This document shows, one piece after another, positions 1-8,121 of a stretch of 14,451 nt of DNA; the stretch's first letter is position 1; each line of letters starts with the position of its first letter. The translations under genes were made by a program, and so were the position numbers. The notes below the pieces were generated by a model. It ran no database searches, was not told the DNA's origin, and was given only the letters and a program-made list of their open reading frames with translations. This DNA comes from Candidatus Bathyarchaeia archaeon (GTDB taxonomy: Archaea; Thermoproteota; Bathyarchaeia; Bathyarchaeales; Bathycorpusculaceae): NCBI GenBank assembly GCA_038883795.1, contig JAVZLK010000040.1:1-14451 (forward strand). The letters run 5' to 3'.

Positions 1-2
1 AC

Positions 3-737
3 TTGAGGCGGACTGGTGAAGACATAATTTATGAGTTGACTAGGCTGACTGACGCCATTACGAATGTTCCTCAGCGTATAAACTTCATGTTCATAGCCCG
101 AAACCACTCGTTCATGAGGGACATGAGTCAAGAAACCCTAAGCAGGTTTAGACCGCAAGAGAGACTGGAGTTTCCGCCCTATTTAGAGGATCAGCTTGTA
201 GACATTTTGAGCGAGCGTGTGAAGGAGGCTTTCAGAGAAAACGCGGTTTCAGACGAAATAATAACTTTCATTGCCAGAAACACGGCTAAATATGGTAATG
301 GAGACGCAAGATATGCCTTGTTGCTTTTGTTATCAGCGGGTTTTGCAGCCGACAGAGACGAGCTGTCAGCCATTTTGCCTGAGCATGTTAGGGAAGCCCA
401 AGAGAAGACAGACCCAAAAATAAGGGATGAAGACGTGACTATGCTGACAGACGACGAGAAGCTTGTGCTATTAGCCCTTGCTCGCCATCTGAAAAGAGAG
501 AAAGAAGCAATATTCCTTCCTTTAGCGGATGTTGAATCTTCCTATCGCGTTGTTTGTGAAGAATACGATGTGGAGCCTGTTGGAAGAGTTATGCTTCATG
601 CTTTGGTTAAGCAGTTGAAGGCTGCTGGAGTAATCACATTAAACGAGAAGTTTGAGCCTGGGCTTAACGGCGTCAAAGCAGAAGTCCTAGAAAAGTTTCT
701 AGTAGACCTATTGAAAAGGAAGGAACACCATGCTTAA
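3..737 (+). CDS. cdc6: Orc1/Cdc6-family replication initiator, C-terminal part (5'-truncated by window edge)
   Basis: Frame is open from the window start. Cdc6 lid signature LEFPPYLEDQLVDILSERVKEAF...GDARYALLLLLSAG...ILPEHVREA (sensor-2 GDAR), then a C-terminal winged helix (LTDDEKLVLLAL...YRVVCEEYDVEP...LKAAGVI). Walker A/B lie outside the window. Confidence 0.93.
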   Translation: MRRTGEDIIYELTRLTDAITNVPQRINFMFIARNHSFMRDMSQETLSRFRPQERLEFPPYLEDQLVDILSERVKEAFRENAVSDEIITFIARNTAKYGNGDARYALLLLLSAGFAADRDELSAILPEHVREAQEKTDPKIRDEDVTMLTDDEKLVLLALARHLKREKEAIFLPLADVESSYRVVCEEYDVEPVGRVMLHALVKQLKAAGVITLNEKFEPGLNGVKAEVLEKFLVDLLKRKEHHA

Positions 738-1017
738 ACTTGATGAGGAAAAGAAACGGTTCATTGAGGCTATTGGAAATCCATCGAGGTTGAAGATTCT
801 GCTGGTCTTATGGAAATCAGACAAGGAACTGACAGTATACAAAATATGCCAAAGAACAGGACTTGGAAGAGCCTCTGTGGCTCGGCACCTTATGAAGCTT
901 GTAGACTCTGGACTGGTTTCAAGGAGGCTTTTTGGAGAAATCCCGCTATATACTCTTAATAAAAATAATTTTAGAGCGGCAACAATGATGGAATTCTTCG
1001 GTAAAACAAGGCTTTAG
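730..1017 (+). CDS. ArsR/SmtB-like winged-helix transcriptional regulator
   Basis: AIGNPSRLKILLVL...LTVYKICQRTGLGRASVARHLMKLVDSGLV...YTLN matches the ArsR-type wHTH pattern. Start overlaps the cdc6 stop by 8 nt (ATGCTTAA). Confidence 0.85.
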   Translation: MLKLDEEKKRFIEAIGNPSRLKILLVLWKSDKELTVYKICQRTGLGRASVARHLMKLVDSGLVSRRLFGEIPLYTLNKNNFRAATMMEFFGKTRL

Positions 1018-1153
1018 CTTCCATCAGTACAAAAGCCATTGACGTTTTTTCATCTGAGAGCTTTCTGTATAAATTCCCTTTGCATAGTAGGTAGATTTTT
1101 TGATAAGATGTTTAATGCTTCATCCTAACTCCGATTGTATTATTATTCAATTG

Positions 1154-2338
1154 CTAAAGCTCTTCAATTCCTGTTACTTCCGCTTGTTCTTCGACTTCTG
1201 GTACTGTCGTCACAAAATCTGGGGTTATCTGGTTTACGCCTTTATTTACAGCCTCAATAATCACTCTACTAAAACGTGAGAGGAAACGCCGAGGATGAAA
1301 ATTGCATTCCGTAATGACTTTCTCGACAGCATCATCTGTAAAGGGATAAAACTTTGAAGGGGGCTCAAATGATGGACTTCTAAAGTATTTGAGATGTTGA
1401 AAAACTATGTCAGCGCACTGTTCCATATCTGGTTTACGAGTGAGAACCGAAGCATAACCACCCGGAACCAAAGGAAAAGAGGCGGAGAGGCCAGCCACAG
1501 TCCAGGCTTGACTGATTTTTTGGGCAGATTGTTGATGAGTCGTAAGTATTAGCGTATAAAAGCTACTGTTGCTTGCTTCGTTTCCGGCTCTGAAGAAAGC
1601 TATGCCGAAGTCTTTAATAAAATTCTCTATTTCGGCCCTAGTAGACCTGTCGGTCAAGTTTTCAATATCGTCTATCAATAGTATTCCCCCTTTGAATCCA
1701 GCTGCTTTTAGAGCCCTTACTGTCTGATTGAGAAATAAATCAGGAAGTTTCACCAAAAATTTTTGATCCCAAGCGGTTGACATTTCTTCTAAGGAGTATC
1801 GGGATAGACTTTCAAGAAAGTCTTTTACGTTATTATTTGCAATAGCCTCTGCGAAGTCTTCTTGAACACCTGCTTTTACCAGATCGTCTATAGTCGCACA
1901 TCTTGATATGTATAAGAAAAGTCCCTCACGTATGAAGGACCTAAAAGCTTCTTTGTAAAGAAACGCAACTCTCGACTTCAATTGCTCCTTGAAAGAGATG
2001 TAGCTACAAAAAAATTTCTCTTTTCCTTCAAAGTAGTGCTTGCCGTATCCGTCATTTATTCGGTGCTTCATGTAAATACTCAATGCAGTTTTCCCCATTC
2101 CACGACCTGTCGTTCTATCTCCTTCAGCCCAAAGAAAACCACATCTAATCCTATCGTCAAAAGATGTTTTTGTTCCAATAATTTTCTCTTCAAACTCTTT
2201 TATTTCTATAGCTCGCGCTTCAACAGAGAAAATCGAACCATTTTCTCTCGGGTCTCTAGATTCTGGTTTGAGTATAGCTCCGCCTCTAGGAAAAGGATTT
2301 TCTTTCAATCCATAAATTTCGTATCCCATCCTTTTCAT
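1154..2338 (-). CDS. AAA+ P-loop ATPase (ExeA/Cdc6/BrxD-like architecture), uncharacterised
   Basis: N-terminal YGLKENPFP motif; Walker A ...GRGMGKT; Walker B GILLIDDIENL; sensor-1-like LILTT; lid YPFTDDAVEKV...HPRRFL. ATGA overlap with the upstream gene at 2335-2338. Confidence 0.85.
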   Translation of the reverse strand: MKRMGYEIYGLKENPFPRGGAILKPESRDPRENGSIFSVEARAIEIKEFEEKIIGTKTSFDDRIRCGFLWAEGDRTTGRGMGKTALSIYMKHRINDGYGKHYFEGKEKFFCSYISFKEQLKSRVAFLYKEAFRSFIREGLFLYISRCATIDDLVKAGVQEDFAEAIANNNVKDFLESLSRYSLEEMSTAWDQKFLVKLPDLFLNQTVRALKAAGFKGGILLIDDIENLTDRSTRAEIENFIKDFGIAFFRAGNEASNSSFYTLILTTHQQSAQKISQAWTVAGLSASFPLVPGGYASVLTRKPDMEQCADIVFQHLKYFRSPSFEPPSKFYPFTDDAVEKVITECNFHPRRFLSRFSRVIIEAVNKGVNQITPDFVTTVPEVEEQAEVTGIEEL

Positions 2339-3501
2339 CTCTTTAAATTCACTCTCAACAATGTGAAGAATTCCCTTATTGGTTCCTCAATGATTAAAGG
2401 CAAACGTTTTTCTGTTATTTTTTCTCCTGCACCCAAATATGTAAAAGATAGCAAATGCGGTTCATCTTTGTAAAGCCTTTTGAGGTAAATGTCAAATAAA
2501 CTATCAGATATTCTCAATTCCCTACACACCATGTCACGTACCTCAGCTATCCTCGCATATCCAAATTCGTCTTTTTTACCAATATATGTTTTTATAAGAG
2601 AGTCTTTGAATTGTTCTCGCAACTCTTCAAAGCTAGGTCGATTAAGGTAAATGGTTCCTTTTATGTAATCTACTCTGTCCATAGTGTGCCGAAAGCTTGG
2701 TTCAAAGTCGGAAATCAGATAGGTAATTTCAGCAGGGAAGCCATCGATATCAATAATGGCATAATTAGTTAGTTCTAAAAATGTAGTCCTAGAGCGAATA
2801 ACATCATACATACGTCTGCTCTCAATGATTGACTGGAATACTTCAGAAACAACATGTTTTTCAATAACTGCCTGCAGTTTCTTAATTTTTACAGTTTTTT
2901 GCTTTATTAAATCAATACTTGCCTTATCTATCGAAGAGTACAATCTGTCTGGTTTCGTGATGACGTTAGGGCAAATTCTATTTAGAATATTAATGTAATT
3001 CTCTGCTATCTTTTTTGAGTTTCCACCATATTGATTGTGAATATCGGATGTAATGAATGGCAGCGGTAACCCCTCGCCTTTGAAAACACTTTTTATGCGT
3101 TTTAAGAAATACTCAAAAATGCTGTACTTTTCCAACATAAGTTTCGTAAAGACTTTCTTCAATTTTTCAGCATCTCTTCTTTCAATCAGCATCGCCACAT
3201 CTTTTCCAGCATCCGTCAATGTTAAATATCCATCATCTTCAGTAATAATTTTCAAATCTATAAGTTCAAAAGTCGCGCGTTTGACAGTTTCGATGTTTAT
3301 TTCTCTAGGTCTAAATGATAATCCATACATGCTTGCTTTAGCCTCGTTATAATTGTTTATCATTCGCCTAAAATATTCAAAGGTCTTATCACTCTTCTCA
3401 GCTTTTTCACCTCTCCGACTGAGACTCTGCACTATTGTATAAAAATACTTAATATCGTGTATTCCACTAGAGGGAGCACTCAATTCTGTTTTGACTTCCA
3501 T
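2335..3501 (-). CDS. Hypothetical protein, probably multi-winged-helix DNA-binding protein
   Basis: 388-aa ORF. N-terminal wHTH-like wing ELIDLKIITEDDGYLTLTDAGK and a C-terminal HTH-like segment YARIAEVRDMVCRELRISDSLFDIYLKRLY. Overlaps both neighbours. Fold is inferred from pattern only. Confidence 0.6.
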   Translation of the reverse strand: MEVKTELSAPSSGIHDIKYFYTIVQSLSRRGEKAEKSDKTFEYFRRMINNYNEAKASMYGLSFRPREINIETVKRATFELIDLKIITEDDGYLTLTDAGKDVAMLIERRDAEKLKKVFTKLMLEKYSIFEYFLKRIKSVFKGEGLPLPFITSDIHNQYGGNSKKIAENYINILNRICPNVITKPDRLYSSIDKASIDLIKQKTVKIKKLQAVIEKHVVSEVFQSIIESRRMYDVIRSRTTFLELTNYAIIDIDGFPAEITYLISDFEPSFRHTMDRVDYIKGTIYLNRPSFEELREQFKDSLIKTYIGKKDEFGYARIAEVRDMVCRELRISDSLFDIYLKRLYKDEPHLLSFTYLGAGEKITEKRLPLIIEEPIREFFTLLRVNLKR

Positions 3502-4211
3502 TCTTTTCTCACCATTTCAAATAAAGTATAATACTCGATGATTTTACTTAAAGCCTCACTCGGCCTGATTTCCATTCCTGGGAAATCTATTATAATTTTC
3601 TTATCTTTATATCTAAAAATGTCGGAAAATGAATAATCACATTGTTCTTCCAGTTTATTGACATTCTCAATTAATTCTGCGACCTTAGGCTTTAGTTCGC
3701 TACCATCAGCTATTTTCTGATGAAGATCCCTTAAGTAATGATCCATTACCTTAATGGTCATCAAAGTGGGCTCTATTAGTTTGATGCCATATGTGAGGCA
3801 TAGCTTTCTAACATTATCGTCAACATTCCTATTAATAGTAACAAGATACATGGTGATTCTATAGGTCGACAAGAGTTCAGCGTTCTTGAAAAAGAAATCC
3901 AACACCTTTCCAAGGAAAGTGAAAACAATTTCCTTTGTAAGATTGCTCACTTCATAATGTTTCAGCTCAAAAACTTCCATATCTTTATCCTTAGTGCAAA
4001 TAACATCCAGCTCATGAGGAGTATTAGACAGTGTTGAATAAGCCAAGCCCAGCCCCATATCTTTTGAGCTCGATATTGAATCAAAATTTATTTTCTCGTA
4101 AAGATATTCACGGAAACTCTCTTCGAAACCTTTGTCCATTGTTGGCATTCTCTTTAGTTTGTCCCATTCCTTGTAAACAAATAGCCACGACAATACCTCT
4201 ACAACCATCAT
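3480..4211 (-). CDS. PD-(D/E)xK superfamily nuclease, Mrr-catalytic-domain-like
   Basis: GFEESFREYL (helix E)...HELDVIC (D)...VFELKHY (ExK), then MYLVT...YGIKLIEP as in Mrr-type domains. C-terminal helical extension. ATGA overlap at 4208-4211. Confidence 0.78.
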   Translation of the reverse strand: MMVVEVLSWLFVYKEWDKLKRMPTMDKGFEESFREYLYEKINFDSISSSKDMGLGLAYSTLSNTPHELDVICTKDKDMEVFELKHYEVSNLTKEIVFTFLGKVLDFFFKNAELLSTYRITMYLVTINRNVDDNVRKLCLTYGIKLIEPTLMTIKVMDHYLRDLHQKIADGSELKPKVAELIENVNKLEEQCDYSFSDIFRYKDKKIIIDFPGMEIRPSEALSKIIEYYTLFEMVRKEWKSKQN

Positions 4212-4417
4212 TTTCGGGACACCACCCTGATTAGTTCTTTTGGTTTAGCTATGATTTTTCCACACTTGTCACATTTCGATTCTTTCAAGGGTTTGTACAT
4301 AGGAATCATGATTTTCACTTTGGGTTCTGGACTTAGCCGTTCTACGAAGAGTTTATTGACCGGAACACGATTCCAGTGTCCACAGTATGAGCACTTCATT
4401 CTTAGATTTCTCTTCAT
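4208..4417 (-). CDS. Small zinc-ribbon protein
   Basis: Two CxxC pairs (CSYC...CDKC). ATGA overlaps at both ends (4414-4417 and 4208-4211). Confidence 0.75.
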   Translation of the reverse strand: MKRNLRMKCSYCGHWNRVPVNKLFVERLSPEPKVKIMIPMYKPLKESKCDKCGKIIAKPKELIRVVSRK

Positions 4418-4737
4418 ATTTCTACCCTCGATAAGGCAAATCGATAAGCAGTAAATGGTCCATCGGTTGCTCCATACGGTTTTTTAATGTAAGCTGCTGC
4501 TTCTTCCACATTGTTGGCTGTGGGAATTATTTCTTTGAAGTTAAGATTAAGCAGAAGAGCCGCCAGGTCTCCTTCGTCTTTGCTAATGATTTTTCCTCTA
4601 TGAATGTTTCTTCCGCATTGAAAGACTGCTTGGTCTCCAATCTTGGCTTTGCCCTTCCTTAACTCGATGGTTTTCTGCCCTGTCTTTATCCATTCGAAGA
4701 CTTCCTTCTTTACCATGAATAAGGGCGTATTCTTCAC
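4414..4737 (-). CDS. ASCH (PUA-like) domain protein
   Basis: FEWIKTGQKTIELRKG (GxKxxExR ASCH motif)...IGDQAVF...IIPTANNVEEAAAYI. Start uncertain: GTG 4737, ACG 4728 or ATG 4716. Confidence 0.85.
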   Translation of the reverse strand: MKNTPLFMVKKEVFEWIKTGQKTIELRKGKAKIGDQAVFQCGRNIHRGKIISKDEGDLAALLLNLNFKEIIPTANNVEEAAAYIKKPYGATDGPFTAYRFALSRVEI

Positions 4738-4807
4738 CTATCTGATATTTGTGACGTTGAAGGTTTAACACTTTTACTCTACTCTCTCTGTTGTTCGCTT
4801 GGCGCAT

Positions 4808-4830
4808 CCATTCTTTATATGATTTTATTG
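4808..4830. promoter_or_regulatory. Putative archaeal TATA region in the divergent spacer between the ASCH operon and radA
   Basis: TTTATAT at 4814-4820 on +; on the - strand it reads AATAAAATCATATAAAG (A-rich BRE-like stretch + TATA-like). Which direction it serves is not determinable. Confidence 0.4.
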
Positions 4831-4864
4831 CGATTTTCTGTTGTTTGAAGGGGGCGTGAACGAG

Positions 4865-5824
4865 GTGGGAGAGCCTATTTCGTTGAAGGATGTTCCTGGT
4901 GTTGGTCCTGCTACAGCCTCGAAACTTCGTCAAATTGGGATTACTACGATTGAGGCTTTGGCTGTTACGCCTGTGCGGGAGATTACTGACAAGAGTGATA
5001 TTGGTTTTGAGAAAGCGCTTGAAATAATTCTTGAAGCCAGAAAGCTTGTTCAGGCTGATTGGACGACGGCCAAGGAGTTGTGGGAGAGACGTAAGGGCAT
5101 GTTACGTTGTTCGACTGGCTCGCCGAAGCTTGATGCGCTTTTGGGCGGTGGAATAGAGACTCAGGCTATGACGGAGTTGATAGGCGAATATGGCGTGGGT
5201 AAAACACAAATCTGCTTAAAATTGTGTGTTATGGCTCAACTGCCTAAAGAACAAGGCGGATTGGAAGGTAATGCGCTTTTCATTGATACTGAGGGAACCT
5301 TTAGCCCTGAAAGGGTTTATCGAATTGCCGCTGCTATGGGTTTGGATCCGCAGCAAGCGCTTAACAACGTGATTATCGCAAGAGCCTACAACAGTGACCA
5401 CCAAGTCTTCTTAATCGATGGACTTTTCAAGATTTGTCCCGAAGAGAATGTGAAGCTTGTTGTGGTTGATTCTATGATTAGCCATTTCCGAGGAGAATAT
5501 GTTGGACGCGAGAGCCTAGCTGAACGACAGCAAAAACTCAACCAGTGTTTGCATAAGCTGCTTCGGTTAGCAGAAATCTATAACATAGCTGTGGTGGTGA
5601 CAAATCAGGTGCAGGCTAACCCAGCTCAGGGCTTCGGCGACCCAAACAGACCTGCTGGAGGACACGTACTAGCTCATGCATGCACGCATCGAGTGTATAT
5701 CAGAAAGGCTAAGGGAGGCACACGACTAGCCACAGTTATTGATTCACCATACATTCCAGAGTCAAAGGAGTACTTTGTCATCACAGAGAAAGGAATAGAA
5801 GATGCCCTCGGTACAGGTGGATAA
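4865..5824 (+). CDS. radA: DNA repair and recombination protein RadA (full-length, with N-terminal HhH domain)
   Basis: Hh[16 protein letters not shown]; [33 protein letters not shown] (Walker A); FIDTEGTF; ARAYNSDHQ; LVVVDS (Walker B); [20 protein letters not shown]; VTNQV; [12 protein letters not shown]; IDSP. ORF is open from TTG 4841; GTG 4865 preferred because a G-rich SD-like stretch (GGGGGCGTGA) precedes it. Confidence 0.96.
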   Translation: MGEPISLKDVPGVGPATASKLRQIGITTIEALAVTPVREITDKSDIGFEKALEIILEARKLVQADWTTAKELWERRKGMLRCSTGSPKLDALLGGGIETQAMTELIGEYGVGKTQICLKLCVMAQLPKEQGGLEGNALFIDTEGTFSPERVYRIAAAMGLDPQQALNNVIIARAYNSDHQVFLIDGLFKICPEENVKLVVVDSMISHFRGEYVGRESLAERQQKLNQCLHKLLRLAEIYNIAVVVTNQVQANPAQGFGDPNRPAGGHVLAHACTHRVYIRKAKGGTRLATVIDSPYIPESKEYFVITEKGIEDALGTGG

Positions 5825-5828
5825 ACAA

Positions 5829-5854
5829 TCTTGGCGTAGCAGAACTAGCCGAGA
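5829..5854 (+). terminator. Possible RNA hairpin just after the radA stop
   Basis: TCTTGGC-G-TAG-CAGAA-CTA-GCCGAGA: 10-bp stem with one G:U pair and one bulge. No downstream U-tract, so function is uncertain. Confidence 0.2.
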
Positions 5855-5954
5855 CCATTAAAAAGGTAACACATGATGTAGCAAGTTATAGGACCTAATA
5901 AATACGAGATATCTTTGAAAAGACGATACCTTAATAAGCAATTTATACAAACTC

Positions 5955-6785
5955 ATGTTCAACAAATTTGGTGTTTCGATGAGCCTTGGGCATCGTGACC
6001 CTGAGTTATTCGCTAGGCGTTTTACGTATGGTTATGTCGCCGTGCTTTACACAAGAAGTTTGTTAGAACATTTAGACTATAAAATTGCGCCACTCGATCT
6101 CGAGAGCTTTCAAGAGACGTTTACCTGCAAAAAATGGAGCGACTTTGTTGATAAAGCGCGACGCCGCGGGCAATATAAAGGCTTCGCGACTGCACCTGAT
6201 CTAGTAGTTTCAAAAGAGTCCCCATTGTGTATTTTAGAAATATCTCGTCGCAGTGGAAGTTTTAGATTTGTTGAAGCCACAGAGTTTTCGCTTGGTCCCA
6301 TGACTTTTGTTAACGGTAAAGCCTTCGCCTTTGAAAAATTCGTTGAAAGTTTTAACGTTATTTTTGGAGATATCAAGGCACCTACGCTGGATGCAGCTTA
6401 TGAAGCCATATGGCAGAAAATTATAGAGATTACGAATCAAGAGAAGATCAGCTTAAAGGATTTGCAAGAAGTAGAAAGATATCTAGTCTCAAGAGGCTTT
6501 CGTTATGCTCATCCACAAATAGAAAAAACCTTCTTTGTAAATGCAAGGAAACTCGACAAGACTTGGATACCTCAATTGAAAGTAATGAAACAAGAATATG
6601 GTCCAAATTTCGAGTTTTACTATGTATTGTGGATGGATGACATAAAGGAAGGTTTTAATTTTTGTACACTTGATGATATATCAAACAATAAAGGAGAATT
6701 AAGAAGAGAAAGGGGCGAACCATTCTACGAAATCTCTATGCAAGTGATGCGACCCATGAAAGACTTTCCATTATTTGGTCAGTAA
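5955..6785 (+). CDS. Putative restriction endonuclease (divergent PD-(D/E)xK-like)
   Basis: APDLVV...CILEISRR resembles PD-x(n)-ExK with K replaced by S. Convergent with, and overlapping by 15 nt, a DNA methyltransferase. Alternative start ATG 5979 after GGTG. Call rests largely on context. Confidence 0.55.
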   Translation: MFNKFGVSMSLGHRDPELFARRFTYGYVAVLYTRSLLEHLDYKIAPLDLESFQETFTCKKWSDFVDKARRRGQYKGFATAPDLVVSKESPLCILEISRRSGSFRFVEATEFSLGPMTFVNGKAFAFEKFVESFNVIFGDIKAPTLDAAYEAIWQKIIEITNQEKISLKDLQEVERYLVSRGFRYAHPQIEKTFFVNARKLDKTWIPQLKVMKQEYGPNFEFYYVLWMDDIKEGFNFCTLDDISNNKGELRRERGEPFYEISMQVMRPMKDFPLFGQ

Positions 6786-8087
6786 AACAATGCTCTCTCT
6801 GAGTTGCACCTCTCCGAATTTCCTTGCTTGTTGTGCACTAGTCCCTCTTAAATTAGCTACTCTAATTTCAATTAGTGTGAAGCCCAAATCTTCCGCTATT
6901 TCTGCTGTGATAAGATCCGCATTAACCGCAACACCAGACCATGCAGCACTTCCCAAAACAATAGCAACTTTTCCACCACTACGCATAACTCGGTGTATCT
7001 CGGCGAGCGAAAGATAAATATCCTCAAAATACCCCTTGACCATTTCAGGGATTTTAGGATTATTCAGTTCTCGCTTGCACAATTCATCTAAAACGTTATT
7101 AAGCTCATCTGAGCAAAGGTCGACTGGTTGAGAATACCGGGCTTCTACGTGTGATCTGATGGTTTGATATCGGATTCTCCTCAATGTTTGAAAATCCTTT
7201 ACAAAATATAAGCATAATTCCGGTGAATAGATTCGAGTATAATCGAAGCGATTAGGATACGGTGGGGAAGTTATTACGGCGTCTACAACTTCATCATCGA
7301 TAAAAGAAAGATCCCGCGCATCACCTTCATAAGCTCGCCCTAATACGCTTTTTTCTTCTATGCTTACCGCGACATTTTGTCGTTCTAAAAAGTCTAATAT
7401 TTTTGGTTGTTTTGTGTTGACTAGATCGTTGTACATGTGAATTAATTTTTGCCGAAGGACTTTTCGTACGTTAGGTATTGACTGTTTTTTAACGATTCTA
7501 AGAAAAGCTCCATCTCTTTTTGCGTTGCTAACGTCTTGAATAATGCTTAGTAGACCAAGCATTAGAAAATTGCGGATTTTATCATCAGTCTCTTTTGCAA
7601 TAACTTCTTTAAAGAAAAGGATCTGTCTCAGAATTCCCGGTTCAAAAGCCCTCTTGACAATTTTAATATCTGGATACTCGATCGTAGGTTCTTTAAAATC
7701 TGCATCACAAACTCGAGAGATCGCGTCGCGGAGTTTACCCCTATCATACTGGTCTTCTAATTTAACATTGGTAACAAATACGCATAAAGGAATCACATCT
7801 ACTCCAATGGATGAATACCCCATTTGCTTGGAAGTTACAGGCGTTGTTCCGACGCCGCAAAAAGGATCAAGTACAAGTGCTGGTTTTTCTATCTTAAACT
7901 CATGAAGTAGCATGTCCACGAGAAACTTGGAAAACCCTTGCTTGAAGTAGAACCAATTATGAATAGGTTCCCTAACGTTAGGACCAAAGGTTACAAGTTC
8001 GCCGTACGTAGTCCAGTCTTTCAGATAACTCGAAAAGCGGGATTTTGGAACTATTAGCTCTTGATAAAGTTTAGATGTAAACTTCAA
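6771..8087 (-). CDS. DNA amino-methyltransferase, probably N4-cytosine, alpha motif order
   Basis: PIHNWFYFKQGFS; motif I VLDPFCGVGTT; GVDVIP; about 200 aa later GDARDL and motif IV VITSPPY (SPPY is typical of m4C enzymes); EIHRVMRSGGKVAIVLG; LRESIVLL. TTG start. Confidence 0.92.
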   Translation of the reverse strand: MKFTSKLYQELIVPKSRFSSYLKDWTTYGELVTFGPNVREPIHNWFYFKQGFSKFLVDMLLHEFKIEKPALVLDPFCGVGTTPVTSKQMGYSSIGVDVIPLCVFVTNVKLEDQYDRGKLRDAISRVCDADFKEPTIEYPDIKIVKRAFEPGILRQILFFKEVIAKETDDKIRNFLMLGLLSIIQDVSNAKRDGAFLRIVKKQSIPNVRKVLRQKLIHMYNDLVNTKQPKILDFLERQNVAVSIEEKSVLGRAYEGDARDLSFIDDEVVDAVITSPPYPNRFDYTRIYSPELCLYFVKDFQTLRRIRYQTIRSHVEARYSQPVDLCSDELNNVLDELCKRELNNPKIPEMVKGYFEDIYLSLAEIHRVMRSGGKVAIVLGSAAWSGVAVNADLITAEIAEDLGFTLIEIRVANLRGTSAQQARKFGEVQLRESIVLLTK

Positions 8088-8121
8088 TTCCCGACTTCCC
8101 TTCTTAATTAGGTTTTATCTT

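Noticed and set aside
191-373. 60-aa minus-strand ORF
   Set aside because: Antisense shadow of cdc6; no motif.
1018-1153. AT-rich spacer downstream of cdc6-wHTH as a replication origin, or as a small gene
   Set aside because: No ORB-like TCCA-N-TGGAAA/G-string repeats seen; only very short ORFs. More simply a convergent termination zone with T-tracts.
1154-4211. Assignment of the operon to BREX, Ssp/Dnd, McrBC or a type II secretion ExeA locus
   Set aside because: No PglZ/PglX, PAPS-reductase/cysteine desulfurase, McrB NxxD GTPase motif or secretion genes are visible; the resemblance is architectural only.
1982-4454. Plus-strand ORFs 1982-2473, 3053-3352, 4031-4234, 4251-4454
   Set aside because: Antisense to the well-supported coupled operon; Ser/Phe-rich shadow composition.
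4598-4933. 111-aa minus-strand ORF spanning the divergent promoter
   Set aside because: Overlaps ASCH out of frame and radA antisense; no recognisable domain.
4865-5824. RadB/aRadC paralogue or intein-containing RadA
   Set aside because: N-terminal HhH domain is present, the length is about 320 aa and there is no insertion after Walker A.
5820-5897. Short open stretch ([25 protein letters not shown]) after radA as a gene remnant
   Set aside because: No start codon or recognisable similarity; too short to support.
5216-7905. ORFs 5216-5404, 6110-6376, 6234-6440, 6410-6640, 6775-7017, 7543-7905
   Set aside because: Nested or antisense within radA, the putative REase or the MTase; no independent evidence.
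6771-8087. Inferring the MTase recognition sequence from site avoidance
   Set aside because: Cannot be done reliably by eye on 14 kb; needs REBASE comparison or methylome data.
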